NCBI GenBank assembly: GCA_040830765.1
Contig: JBFOMH010000004.1
Span: 32,001-96,000 of the forward strand
Source of the DNA: Puniceicoccaceae bacterium
GTDB lineage: Bacteria; Verrucomicrobiota; Verrucomicrobiia; Opitutales; Oceanipulchritudinaceae
Direction: 5' to 3'
DNA: 64,000 nt
Positions 29,977 through 39,933 of the stretch are shown piece after piece. A program made the position numbers and the translations under genes. Numbering within the stretch: the first letter of the stretch is position 1; each line of letters opens with the position of its first letter. Under the pieces are notes generated by a model. That model had not been told where the DNA came from. It searched no databases and was given only the letters and a program-made list of their open reading frames with translations.

Positions 29977-32073
29977 ATGAAGATCAGGAAACCCACACCC
30001 CCATTTGCTGTCCTCTCAGGATGCCTCATTCTGGCTATGGCCATGAGTGGATGCGGCAAGCGCCAAGCTGCGGAATTCGAGCCCGACCGCTGGGCCAACA
30101 TGCAGGAAGAGCAGCTGACCCGGAATTTGGAGAACTACTTCTCTTCCGGCAACCTGCCAGCCGGCCAGGAAAAAGCCTTCATTGTCTGGGCCTTTGAGAA
30201 GGATGCAGATACAGCGGAAGCCTATGTCCGCCAATATGCGAACACGGTTCCAAACCTGCCATGGTATCTCAGCGACGGGGCATGGGACTTGGTCAGGGAA
30301 AGAAAGGTGGAAACCAGTGGCCGGATGTTGTCCCTGGCCCGGGAGCTCTATCCCAATAATCCAGATGTTCTGGGCATTACAGGAATCATTGCCTACCTGC
30401 AGGGAAACCAGGAGCTCGCCCGGCGACTTCTTGAGGAGGCCGAGACCTGGCGCCGCAACCGGCCCATCGTCGACTTCTACCTCGGCGGATTACTGGTGCA
30501 GTCCGAATCGGCAGCGGACCGGTCCCGCGGCAAGGCAATCCTGATGAACCTCGTCAATGGTTCGGACACTGAGTTGAGGGAACTCGCCGGATTGACGGTA
30601 TTCAGCAACATCAATGTCCCCTTGATTCCGAAGGATCTCGATACCCTGTATACGACCCTTGAAGCAGATTCGGTTTTCACGCTCGGCAATTCAGACCTTC
30701 CGCCCGAAGCCCTGCGGATCATCATCAACCGCCTGGCCAACATTTATCCGGAGCGGGCCTTCGAGCTCGCGGAATTACTGCTGCAGTATCCGGAAACGAA
30801 TGTTGAAGACATGATGGGCGTTATCCAGATCGCCCAGTTGCTTGGCAGGGCAGAGGATTCAGGCAAATACCTCGACCAATTGCTGGCCAACGATGCCTTT
30901 GTGGAACAATTGGGCGAAGATCCGAGAATCCCACGCATCCAAGCCATACAGGCCTTCAAGGAAGAGGCATATGAAAACGGTCTGGAAGCATTGGCCGCGT
31001 TGGTTCAGGCCCAGGAAGCCGACGCTGCAGGCCTGCAGCAGACTTTCAAGGTTATCCTCATGCACGAGCTTCCCATCAGCACGGAAGAGGCAGTCATGCG
31101 GCTGTATATCCAGCTACCCGTCCAGAACGTGCGGGACTCGGTGGGGATACTGAACCGGCTAATGAACATTGCTCCGCTTGAAAAGGACCAGTGGACCGCG
31201 TACGCTATCGACCAACTCCTTGAGGAAAATCCCATCCTGGTCGGCGGATGGCTTGTTGACATGAAGGCCTCAGAATCTGTCATTAATGCCCTGGAGCCCC
31301 GTTCAACAAATTTGAGCCCGGACGAAGCGGTTGTGCTGGTCAATGCCTACATCGAAAAGGAGTCAACCGAAGAAGCAGAGGCCATCCTGGCGGCAACCAA
31401 AGGATTGATGGACCCGGTCATGGAGGTCTACCTGCGGTCCCGGGTACTCCTGCAAAAGGGTGATTTGGAGGAAGCCCTTGTCTTCTGGGAGGAAGCACAC
31501 CAGGGCGTCCTCGGGAGCAATCGCTTTCCCCTGATGAAAAACCTAGGGATCGTGGCCTTGCAGCTCGAGCAACCGGTCCACGCCATGCAATCCCTGTACA
31601 CCGCCTTTTCCGCCGGCATTCCTTTCAGTCCGGCCCAGGCGACCAAGCTGATTGAGTTAACTTTGGAGTATGGTACTCTCCGGCAAAGCATCCAGATCGC
31701 GGAGTATCTGGCCGCCCGCTTTCCCGATTCGCCAGTGCACAAGAACAACCTGGCTTACTTCAAATTCCTCTCCGAGGAAGGCGTGGATGAAGCGGTGGAA
31801 GTCATGCGCAAGGTGACAGAGGACTACCCTGATGTCCCGCAGTTCAAGCTCACGCTGGCACTCGGGCTGGTCAAGGCGGGGCGGACCAACGAGGCCAACC
31901 GCTTGCTCAAGGGAACGGACATCGACTGGGGAAAGACCTCCACCCGGGGGCTCTTGATTTACGCGGTGGTCCTGGCAGCTTCTGACCAGCGAACGGTTGC
32001 AGAGGGACTTCTGCAAAACCTGGATATGGATATTCTCATCCCAGAGGAAAAGGCCTTGCTGGAAGCCTTTTAG
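29977..32073 (+). CDS. TPR-like lipoprotein next to exosortase
   Basis: Lipobox-like AMSGC after hydrophobic stretch; helical repeats (YPNNPDVL, FPDSPVHKNNLAY, YPDVPQFK). Confidence 0.7.
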   Translation: MKIRKPTPPFAVLSGCLILAMAMSGCGKRQAAEFEPDRWANMQEEQLTRNLENYFSSGNLPAGQEKAFIVWAFEKDADTAEAYVRQYANTVPNLPWYLSDGAWDLVRERKVETSGRMLSLARELYPNNPDVLGITGIIAYLQGNQELARRLLEEAETWRRNRPIVDFYLGGLLVQSESAADRSRGKAILMNLVNGSDTELRELAGLTVFSNINVPLIPKDLDTLYTTLEADSVFTLGNSDLPPEALRIIINRLANIYPERAFELAELLLQYPETNVEDMMGVIQIAQLLGRAEDSGKYLDQLLANDAFVEQLGEDPRIPRIQAIQAFKEEAYENGLEALAALVQAQEADAAGLQQTFKVILMHELPISTEEAVMRLYIQLPVQNVRDSVGILNRLMNIAPLEKDQWTAYAIDQLLEENPILVGGWLVDMKASESVINALEPRSTNLSPDEAVVLVNAYIEKESTEEAEAILAATKGLMDPVMEVYLRSRVLLQKGDLEEALVFWEEAHQGVLGSNRFPLMKNLGIVALQLEQPVHAMQSLYTAFSAGIPFSPAQATKLIELTLEYGTLRQSIQIAEYLAARFPDSPVHKNNLAYFKFLSEEGVDEAVEVMRKVTEDYPDVPQFKLTLALGLVKAGRTNEANRLLKGTDIDWGKTSTRGLLIYAVVLAASDQRTVAEGLLQNLDMDILIPEEKALLEAF

Positions 32074-32130
32074 GATGAGCGAGTAGCTACCACTCACCTG
32101 TCATCCCCCCCCGACTGCGATAATTAAGCC

Positions 32131-33732
32131 ATGTCTGAGAAGCGCATAAGCATACCTGAACCCATGTGGGCGGTGGCCGGCCTACTCATCGGATGGGTCG
32201 GGCTGATAAGCCAGGTCCGCCACCACTGGGGTGGTGAGTCCTACTACAATTTTGGTTGGTTTGTCCCCCCGCTGGCCATCTGGCTTCTGCTGAGGAACTT
32301 GGGCAAGTTGGATGCAGCTGCAGCCCGCTCTGGAAACGCTGATGGTAATGGGACATCTGGACCTGACAGGATCGCCCTTGGGCTGGCCATGGCCATCCTG
32401 CTGCCCGTCCTGCTCTTTCACGCTTTTTCCGAAGTGAATCCATTCTGGCGGGTTCCGCTTTGGGCTCAAGGCGCCTGTTTGTCAGGCTTTACCCTGGTGC
32501 TGCTATTCCGCTACTATGGATGGAGAGGCATCGGGGCGGGCTTGTTTCCGCTCCTCTTCCTGAGCACGATGATCCCGTGGCCATTCCGACTTGAGACCGC
32601 GATTGTCCACTGGCTGACGAACATAGTGATCGGATTTTCCGTCCACGGCCTGCACTTTCTCAGTTATCCCGTCGAGATGTCCGGTAACTCGCTGCGACTG
32701 GGAGAAATCCGGATTGGCGTAGACGATGCCTGCAGCGGGATCCGTTCCCTGCAAGCCCTCTTTATGGTGACGCTTTTCCTCGGCAGCCTCTTCGGGCAGT
32801 CGACGCTTCGCCGTACCTTTGCGGTACTTTTGCTTCCGGTGGTTGTCATTATTGTCAACACCGGCCGGGCCATTTTCCTCTCGACGCAGGTAATTGTAAA
32901 TGGGCAGGAAGCCTATGATAAGTGGCATGACCCGGCGGGCTACATCGCCTTTGGCGTCAGCATGGTCTTGATTTATGCGGTTATCGAACTGCTCAACATC
33001 GGTGGTTCCGGCTCGGCCCAGTCACAGTCCATCGAATTCAACAAACTCCAGGACCATTGGGCGGGAAGCGCTCCCGGCAGACTGGCAGTCGGATTTGTTC
33101 TGCTCCCGACAGTCATCCTGGTGGCTGTGGAAGGTTGGTTCCGGTTCCATGAGATGGGAAATGAACCGCAAAAATTCTGGGAATTATCCCTTCCCGCGGA
33201 AGAAACAGATAGCGTTACATACCTTGAAATTGGCCCCCGCATTGAGGCTGCCCTGGGTTACAGTTATGGCCATCGTTTCAACTACAGCTTGCCGGGGCAT
33301 GGCAATCTTGTGGACGTCTATTATTATGGCTACACGGGGGATAACAAAATTTCCAGCGTCTCCTCCTACGGTCATGCCCCGACCATCTGCATGGAGTCGA
33401 CGGGCGCTGTCCTTGAGAGGGAATTTGATTCACTGCTGGTTGATGCCGGGGAGTTGCGCATCCCCTTCAAGCATTACCTCTTCCGGCTACCGGACAGCGA
33501 TTTGCCGATCCAGATCTTCTGGACAGTCTGGGAAGCGAGAAACATGGACATCGATCCGGAGCAGCTACAATCATTGAATTACAAGACCCAGTGGGTCCAA
33601 CTGGTCAACGGGCGGCGTGATTTTCGCCGCCAGGTCCTCCTTCTCAGTTTTATAGGGATGGAGAATGAGGGAACGGTCCGGGAGGAATTCCAGCACCTGA
33701 TGCATGAATGGATTACTGTTCCCGGATACTGA
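32131..33732 (+). CDS. Exosortase with C-terminal EpsI-like domain
   Basis: Multi-TM; YYNFGWFVP; catalytic Cys (DACSGIRSL), Arg (NTGR), His (WHD); C-terminal HAPTICM resembles the EpsI HxPxxC motif. Confidence 0.88.
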   Translation: MSEKRISIPEPMWAVAGLLIGWVGLISQVRHHWGGESYYNFGWFVPPLAIWLLLRNLGKLDAAAARSGNADGNGTSGPDRIALGLAMAILLPVLLFHAFSEVNPFWRVPLWAQGACLSGFTLVLLFRYYGWRGIGAGLFPLLFLSTMIPWPFRLETAIVHWLTNIVIGFSVHGLHFLSYPVEMSGNSLRLGEIRIGVDDACSGIRSLQALFMVTLFLGSLFGQSTLRRTFAVLLLPVVVIIVNTGRAIFLSTQVIVNGQEAYDKWHDPAGYIAFGVSMVLIYAVIELLNIGGSGSAQSQSIEFNKLQDHWAGSAPGRLAVGFVLLPTVILVAVEGWFRFHEMGNEPQKFWELSLPAEETDSVTYLEIGPRIEAALGYSYGHRFNYSLPGHGNLVDVYYYGYTGDNKISSVSSYGHAPTICMESTGAVLEREFDSLLVDAGELRIPFKHYLFRLPDSDLPIQIFWTVWEARNMDIDPEQLQSLNYKTQWVQLVNGRRDFRRQVLLLSFIGMENEGTVREEFQHLMHEWITVPGY

Positions 33733-35377
33733 TCAGGAACTTTTCCCGCGGCAACAGAACTTCCCGCTCGGTCATTCTGAGCAAGTCATCGGCTGGATTA
33801 CCCAGAATGACGGCTGCCACGCGAATATAGCGGGGGGCGTTCATCCCCAATGGAGGCATGTCCGCAATTAACTCACGCCCTTGGGCCCGCTGTCCCTGAA
33901 GGGTGTAAGACACCCCGAGGATGAGACGAAAGTCATAAACATTGGGAAACGCTGCCATCAAACCTTCGATCGCGTTATGGATTTCCGGCGTTGAGCCCTC
34001 TTGGAGGAGTTTCAGGTATAGGATAAAGCCCTTGGCATCGGGTTGGGCCTGGTATGCTTCCATATCCGCCTGCTGCAGTAGAGGGGGAAGTGCGTCGTGG
34101 TCACCGGAATAATATCGCGAGGAAAGGGCCTTCACGATATACACAGGCTCCTCCGGATTATTTTCCAGCAGGATATCATAAAGGTCGGAGAGCAACTGCC
34201 ACTGGCCATCGCGAGCAAGATAGCGCTCCAGAATCCGGTAATGCTCGGGATCAACCGTCTGCACAGCCAGATTGAGAATTGACCGTGCTTCCTCTGTCTC
34301 GCCCGTTTCCTGCAAGACGATGCTCCGGTAATAGAGGAAGGCGGTCATTTGATCCCCACCTTCAGATGCAGCCGCTTCTGTCAGCTCAAGGAGTTGGGCA
34401 TTCATCCCTTCCGCAAGAAGAAGGCCGAGGAAGGGATCGGGTGTTCCGCCAAATTCCTGATGCGTTTGCCAGTCAATTTTATCGAGGATCCAAGAACCGG
34501 CACCCATCCATTTGGCCCAGTTGAAAACCTTGTCCAAATCACCGGGCTGCGGATCATCCAGAATCCGGTTGAGATAGGGCAAGGCACTGTCGAGGGAACC
34601 GCCGGTCTCCTTTATCTCAACCCCACTGGCTAATAACTGATCAACAGGGTTCTCCGATTGGGTCTTGAGGTAATTGGCAGCATCCAGCAGGTGCGCAGAG
34701 GACACTCCCGGGAGGAAGATCATTTCCCGGGCTGCCGGCAAGGCCAGGCTTCCAGCCTCCGCAATCAGCTGGTCGAGGTGGGTCACCACGGACTCCAGCC
34801 CCGCGTCGGCATCCATGCTTCGCTGCATCCGGATGTAAGCACTGTGGATGTTCCAGTCCTCACTACCGCCTTGGGCAAACGTCCCCGCAAGCGCTCTCAC
34901 CTTGTCATACCGGTGCTGCAACTGCAGGGAGGCCAGCCAGAGTTGCTGCGTTTCGGGATTGTCCCCATCCAGCTCCACCAGCCGGCTGAGGAAAGGCAGT
35001 GCCTCATCGACATCCCTGGCCGCCAGGAGGGCCTTGGTCAGTTCGCGCAATTCATCTACCGGGAGTTCCGGTTCATCGAGTACAAGTTTCCACCAGGCGA
35101 CGGTGGCTGCATTGCGCTGCTGTAGCAGGGAGCGGGCAACAAGAAGATCAATTTGGGTATTGGCGGGGTCCAAATGGTGGGCAGCGATCCCCAACCGGGA
35201 AGCCTCAGCCCACTTCTCTGCGGCAAACGCCTCCTGGGCCCGGGTAAAGATCCGTTCGGCCCGGTATTCATTAACAGTAGCCTTGATTGGGGCCCGAAAT
35301 ACATAGACCCCTGCCATCCCGGCGATTACGGCCACCAACAATCCCAACAAGACAACCCGAAATTTACTCAGTTTCAT
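33713..35377 (-). CDS. Membrane-anchored TPR-like protein
   Basis: N-terminal TM, helical repeats (LDPANT, LDGDNPE, NPEEP); C-terminus LLPREKFL resembles that of 29977..32073. Confidence 0.65.
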   Translation of the reverse strand: MKLSKFRVVLLGLLVAVIAGMAGVYVFRAPIKATVNEYRAERIFTRAQEAFAAEKWAEASRLGIAAHHLDPANTQIDLLVARSLLQQRNAATVAWWKLVLDEPELPVDELRELTKALLAARDVDEALPFLSRLVELDGDNPETQQLWLASLQLQHRYDKVRALAGTFAQGGSEDWNIHSAYIRMQRSMDADAGLESVVTHLDQLIAEAGSLALPAAREMIFLPGVSSAHLLDAANYLKTQSENPVDQLLASGVEIKETGGSLDSALPYLNRILDDPQPGDLDKVFNWAKWMGAGSWILDKIDWQTHQEFGGTPDPFLGLLLAEGMNAQLLELTEAAASEGGDQMTAFLYYRSIVLQETGETEEARSILNLAVQTVDPEHYRILERYLARDGQWQLLSDLYDILLENNPEEPVYIVKALSSRYYSGDHDALPPLLQQADMEAYQAQPDAKGFILYLKLLQEGSTPEIHNAIEGLMAAFPNVYDFRLILGVSYTLQGQRAQGRELIADMPPLGMNAPRYIRVAAVILGNPADDLLRMTEREVLLPREKFLISIREQ

Positions 35378-35479
35378 GCGATGACCATAGGTAGAGCAAT
35401 CCACCTTCCTTGACAACTAAATGCGGTAAAGAATTGCTGCCGCCGGTTGCCCTCTGTGCGGGCATGTCACAAGGTCCTG

Positions 35480-35519
35480 AAAAGAAAGCGCCCCCCTGCG
35501 GTTTGACCGACAGGAGGGC
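35480..35519 (-). terminator. Intrinsic terminator
   Basis: Minus strand GCCCUCCUG-U-CGGU-CAA-ACCG-CAGGGGGGC then GCUUUCUUUU. Confidence 0.7.
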
Positions 35520-35527
35520 TTATTCTT

Positions 35528-35704
35528 TCTTGATCGAAGCAGCAGCGCATTACCAAGAAAACACAGCGAATTTACCGCGACTGCTCACCATCTCCCCATG
35601 AGACACCGTAGGAAACGAAACAAAGACAGGGCCCAGGCTGGATGCCTGCACCGGTAAGGGGAGAATTGCGGATAACCCGCTTCTGGATACGCTGCTGTTC
35701 AAGA
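35528..35704 (-). ncRNA. Candidate structured RNA (long irregular fold-back)
   Basis: Nested complementary blocks 35528-33/35699-704, 35540-47/35690-97, 35575-78/35668-71, 35591-97/35658-64, 35605-08/35652-55, 35634-38/35644-48; G-U pairs favour the minus strand; terminator follows. Confidence 0.6.
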
Positions 35705-35937
35705 TGGGCCTATCCTGCAGGAATTGTTTGTGCTTTGTAAGGCACACAATGTTTTGAGGCCCAATTTCACAGTCCTTTTACAGGCAGATAATGGCTTGGC
35801 CTTTTCCAGAAATCCCCGCCTGCCGACTCTGGTAAATTTGTTGTTAACCTATAGTCAAGATGGCCGGAAAGCTGCTTTTTGGATTGTCCCGCCTGTCCGT
35901 GTGGATAATTGTTGGTGGCGTATTATTGTGGCAGCGT

Positions 35938-36558
35938 ATGAGGATTTCCTTTATCAGGACAGTCTACTTTTTGGCATTCAGCCTGTTTCCCTTTGTCGGC
36001 GGCATGGCGAATGAGGAGGCCTCCGATCCCGGGGCGTTCTATCGCATGCAGCCGGGAGACACAGTCCAGGTAACGGTTTTCAATGAACCAGATCTGGCCG
36101 TGAGCCAGAAACTCGATCCGGGCGGCGTGATCATTGTGCCGCTGCTGGGAAGGACCACACTGGCCGGGCTGAATCTGCGGGAAGCGGAACAGAAGCTGGA
36201 GGAATTGTTCATCAGCGAGGAATACCTGATCAGCCCGCAGGTTACAGTAGCGATAGTCAATTACGCGGACCAGGTCTTCTATATTTTTGGGGAGGTCAAC
36301 CAACCGGGGGCCAAGACTTTTCCCGAGGGCAAGCAATCCCTTGATATTCTTGAGGCCATTACCATGGCGGGGGACCTTTCCCAGTATGCGAAGCGGTCCG
36401 AGATTGTCATTCGGCGGCCTGTGCCCGATGAAAACCGGGAAGAAAAAATCATCGTCGACCTTGAGGATGTCCTGCGCGGCAATAACTCCCTGCAAACCAC
36501 GGAACTGATGAAGATTTATCCCGAGGATATCATCTTTGTCCCCGAACGACTCTTTTAA
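35938..36558 (+). CDS. Polysaccharide export protein (short Wza/OPX: Poly_export + SLBB)
   Basis: YRMQPGDTVQVTVFNEPDL, PLLG...GLNL, YIFGEVNQPG, EAITMAG, PEDIIFVPE. Confidence 0.9.
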   Translation: MRISFIRTVYFLAFSLFPFVGGMANEEASDPGAFYRMQPGDTVQVTVFNEPDLAVSQKLDPGGVIIVPLLGRTTLAGLNLREAEQKLEELFISEEYLISPQVTVAIVNYADQVFYIFGEVNQPGAKTFPEGKQSLDILEAITMAGDLSQYAKRSEIVIRRPVPDENREEKIIVDLEDVLRGNNSLQTTELMKIYPEDIIFVPERLF

Positions 36559-36589
36559 GGACCCGCTGTAACTGATCAAACCGGCCCGC

Positions 36590-38710
36590 ATGGAAACCAA
36601 TCCCAACCAACCAACCGAAAAAAAGTCCGGCAGTGCCCTGGTGCATCAGCGGACCTGGCTGGACCACATATTTGTTATCCGGGAACACTGGATCCTCGGA
36701 TTGCTGGTGGCGATCTCCCTGTCCGGCTTTTTTGCCTACAAGAAGCTGCAGGAGATTCCCCTTTACCGGTCGGTATCGATCATCTTGTTTGAGCCGCAGA
36801 AGGACCGGGTCATCAACATCCAGAGTGTCGTTGACACCCCAATGGGCAACTCCATCGAATTTGTCCTCCGCAACCACCTGACGGATTTGAGAAGCAATGC
36901 CTTCCGCAACCGGGTGGTCGAATCCCTGACCCCGAGCGAACAGGAACTGATCACCAAGGATTACGGGGATCCGGAAAGTGAAGAAGAGCCGAATGTTGGG
37001 CAGATTGTTGCGGGTTCGAACAAAATCGCCCTGATTGGGGGAAATATCTTCAAGTTTGAATTTGAGCACCGTAATCCCCAGGCGGCCGCCCTGCTGGCCA
37101 ACCGGTTCAGCGAGGAATTCATTGACTTTCTCCTGGAGCGCTCCCGCAAGACCAACGACTCTGCCCTGCGTTTCCTGCGCAGCCAGCGGGAGGAATTGAA
37201 ATTGAAGGTTGAGCGGGCCGAGCTCGCTGTCCAGCGCTACCGCCAGGAGCGTAACCTGGTCTCCCTTGAGGAGAGCCAGAACCTGATTGTTGAGGATATG
37301 AAAAACCTCAACAGCAGCCTCAATGCGGCCAAGCTGGAGTTGCTCAACCTGGAGACAACCCTGGACCAGATCACTGCCGCTGAAGGAAATTTCGAGGAGC
37401 TGTCTTCGCTGCCCTCGATCAACCAGATGGGCACATTACCGCAAAAGCTGGAACAGCGGACGCAACTGATGGCCCAGCGCAGTACCCTGTCCCTGCGCTA
37501 TGGCCGACGCCACCCGCGAATGATTGAAAATGCTTCCGCCCAGGAGACCATAGAGGCGGACATCCAGGAGTCGCTGGCCAAGAACATTTCCGACTTTCGT
37601 CAGCAGTACAACAACGTCAAGGCCCGGGTCGCCAGCTTGGAGGCAGCTCTCGAAAAGGCCGAAACAGATTCCCTCAACCTTGACCAGATCGCGATTGAAT
37701 ATAATGTCCTCCGCCAGGAGATGGAGACCGCCAAAAGTCTCTTCACCCAGGTGAATCAGCGGCTCAATGAAGCCATCCTGGCCAGCCAGCTGAGTGATAC
37801 CGATCTGCGCATCGTCGACCGGGCCTGGCCATCGCCAAAGCCCTTCACGCCGGACAAGCCGAAGATCTATGGAATGGCGGCCTTTCTCTTCCTGGCATCA
37901 TTCATCGGGGTGCCATATGGAATCCACTACCTGAACCTGAAACTTAAGACGGCAGCAGACATTGAGCAGCAATTGCAAATCCCCTTCCTCGGGGAGATTC
38001 GCAAGTTCCCGAAAAAACTCGGCGACCTGCATCGTCTGGTCCTCGACCAGAAGCACCAGGACGGGGTTGAGCTGTTTCGCCAAATCCACAGCCAGATCCT
38101 TCTCAAGGCGCAGGACCTGAAGAAGGGGCATACCTTTGTGATCACCAGTGCCATTCCCAAGGAAGGGAAGTCCTTCGCCGCCATCAACCTAGCCGCTTCC
38201 TTTTCACGGCACCACTACAATACCCTCTTGATTGACTGCGATTTCCGGCGCCCTTCGATTGGCCCCAGAATGGCCGAACAACTGGAGCAACAGACGGGTG
38301 AAATGGTCCAGGAAGGGCAGGTCATCGAAGTGAAGGAGAAGTTCGATGTCCTGCCGATCAGTACCAGTACCGTGCAGGCAACGGAACTGATTGAGTCATC
38401 CCAGTTCCGGGAAGCCATGAAACAGTTCAAAGAGATGTATGATATCATCATCATCGATACCCCCCCGGCAGGGATATTTCCCGATGCCGGCCTCATCGGC
38501 AACATGGCCGACCACTTCATTTTCCTGACCCAGCTGAACAAGCACCGGAAGGCCGCTCTGAGGGCCATCCTCGACCGGCTCGACCAAAGCAAGGCGGAGG
38601 TACTGGGAATCATCGTCAACAAGGTCAGCCGCTCCAAGTCTCGCAACCTGGGCGCCTACCGCTACGCCGACTACAAGAAGTACAAGAACTATTATCCACA
38701 AAAGGGGTAA
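36590..38710 (+). CDS. wzc: Polysaccharide co-polymerase / tyrosine autokinase
   Basis: Two TMs around coiled coils (YGRRHP); Walker A PKEGKS, IDCDFRRP, IIDTPP; Tyr-rich tail YRYADYKKYKNYY. Confidence 0.9.
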   Translation: METNPNQPTEKKSGSALVHQRTWLDHIFVIREHWILGLLVAISLSGFFAYKKLQEIPLYRSVSIILFEPQKDRVINIQSVVDTPMGNSIEFVLRNHLTDLRSNAFRNRVVESLTPSEQELITKDYGDPESEEEPNVGQIVAGSNKIALIGGNIFKFEFEHRNPQAAALLANRFSEEFIDFLLERSRKTNDSALRFLRSQREELKLKVERAELAVQRYRQERNLVSLEESQNLIVEDMKNLNSSLNAAKLELLNLETTLDQITAAEGNFEELSSLPSINQMGTLPQKLEQRTQLMAQRSTLSLRYGRRHPRMIENASAQETIEADIQESLAKNISDFRQQYNNVKARVASLEAALEKAETDSLNLDQIAIEYNVLRQEMETAKSLFTQVNQRLNEAILASQLSDTDLRIVDRAWPSPKPFTPDKPKIYGMAAFLFLASFIGVPYGIHYLNLKLKTAADIEQQLQIPFLGEIRKFPKKLGDLHRLVLDQKHQDGVELFRQIHSQILLKAQDLKKGHTFVITSAIPKEGKSFAAINLAASFSRHHYNTLLIDCDFRRPSIGPRMAEQLEQQTGEMVQEGQVIEVKEKFDVLPISTSTVQATELIESSQFREAMKQFKEMYDIIIIDTPPAGIFPDAGLIGNMADHFIFLTQLNKHRKAALRAILDRLDQSKAEVLGIIVNKVSRSKSRNLGAYRYADYKKYKNYYPQKG

Positions 38711-38713
38711 TCC

Positions 38714-39835
38714 ATGAAGAAACGACTGATTGCATTGTTGCTCGGAAGCATCGGCTCCGGGTCGGCCTTCGGGCTGGTTAATTTAGGGGAAGGCCAGATA
38801 GACCTGAACCTCCAGGTAAGGACCTTTTATGACACGGAAATTAGGGCACGAAATTTAGGCCAGGAGGACTTTGTTTTCTCTGTCCGACCGTCCCTGCAGT
38901 ACAAGCGCAGCAGCAAGAACCTGGATTTTTCGGCTTCCATCGGTCTCGAGGGCAGGGCTTACCTGGACTATGACGAGTATAATGACACGGACGTCTTTTT
39001 TGATCTCAACATCTCTCCCAAGGCGGAAATGCAGACTTCCCGCTTCCGTTTCTCCGGGGATGTCATCCTCAGTACGGAAACCCGGTCCGAGCAGTCCGTC
39101 GGGGAGATTGTTACCATTAATAATTACGGCGCTTCAGCTGAGCTGATCTATGACCCGAACCGACGGTTTACAATCATTGGTTCTGCCGAATACCGGCAGC
39201 GGGATCCGGACTCGGATGTTTACTTCAAGACGACGACCAAGCAGGCCGGCGTGCGTATCGCCGTCCCCATGAATGAGTCGCTCGATGTCCTCGGCGGTAT
39301 CACCTACCTGGATACGAAGACAGACCGCCCCACCCTCGAGACCGATGTCAGCAGCGAGACTTTTACATACTTTATCGGGCTCGACGGGCAATTATCAGCC
39401 AAGTTAAGCGGTTCTCTAAGTGCCGGGATCCAGGAACGCTCCTTTGACGATGCCACCCTCGGTGACACCTCCAATCCCTATGTTTCTGCAGAGCTTGACT
39501 GGCGTGTGGATGACACCACCAGCTACCGTCTGTCCGCCTCACAGGGACTGGGAACTACCATCAACAACCGATCCTCTGATGAACTGGAAATTCGCCTGCG
39601 GGCCAACCGCTCCCTTTCCCGTGACCTGAGTGCTTCCGCTTTTATCGGCTATGAACGCTTTGATTATGGCGACCGTGAGGACAAGGGCCCCATCGCCGGC
39701 GCTTCCCTCACCTATCAATTGGTCCGCTATGGCTCCGTCGCCTTTGAGTGCGATTACCTGAACCAATCCTCAACCGAGAACGAGTTCGATTATGACCGCT
39801 TCCGTATCGGGGTGCGGTTTAACGGGACTTGGTAA
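38714..39835 (+). CDS. Outer-membrane beta-barrel protein associated with EPS export
   Basis: Signal peptide, amphipathic strands, terminal aromatic residue (GVRFNGTW); 3 nt after wzc. Confidence 0.8.
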   Translation: MKKRLIALLLGSIGSGSAFGLVNLGEGQIDLNLQVRTFYDTEIRARNLGQEDFVFSVRPSLQYKRSSKNLDFSASIGLEGRAYLDYDEYNDTDVFFDLNISPKAEMQTSRFRFSGDVILSTETRSEQSVGEIVTINNYGASAELIYDPNRRFTIIGSAEYRQRDPDSDVYFKTTTKQAGVRIAVPMNESLDVLGGITYLDTKTDRPTLETDVSSETFTYFIGLDGQLSAKLSGSLSAGIQERSFDDATLGDTSNPYVSAELDWRVDDTTSYRLSASQGLGTTINNRSSDELEIRLRANRSLSRDLSASAFIGYERFDYGDREDKGPIAGASLTYQLVRYGSVAFECDYLNQSSTENEFDYDRFRIGVRFNGTW

Positions 39836-39876
39836 GACAAGCACCATTCAGCAGGCACCAAGCCAAATTTGCAGAC

Positions 39877-39914
39877 AAAAAACCCGCGGGGTCGTCACCC
39901 CGCGGGTTTGCTTT
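39877..39914. terminator. Bidirectional intrinsic terminator
   Basis: 13-bp stem AAACCCGCGGGGT/ACCCCGCGGGTTT, loop CGTC, A-run on left and T-rich on right, between convergent genes. Confidence 0.85.
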
Positions 39915-39933
39915 AAATATATTTCCGTCTGCT

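Noticed and set aside
35550..35747. 65-aa ORF inside the structured RNA as a type I toxin
   Set aside because: No hydrophobic helix or clear RBS; not supported, though not excluded.
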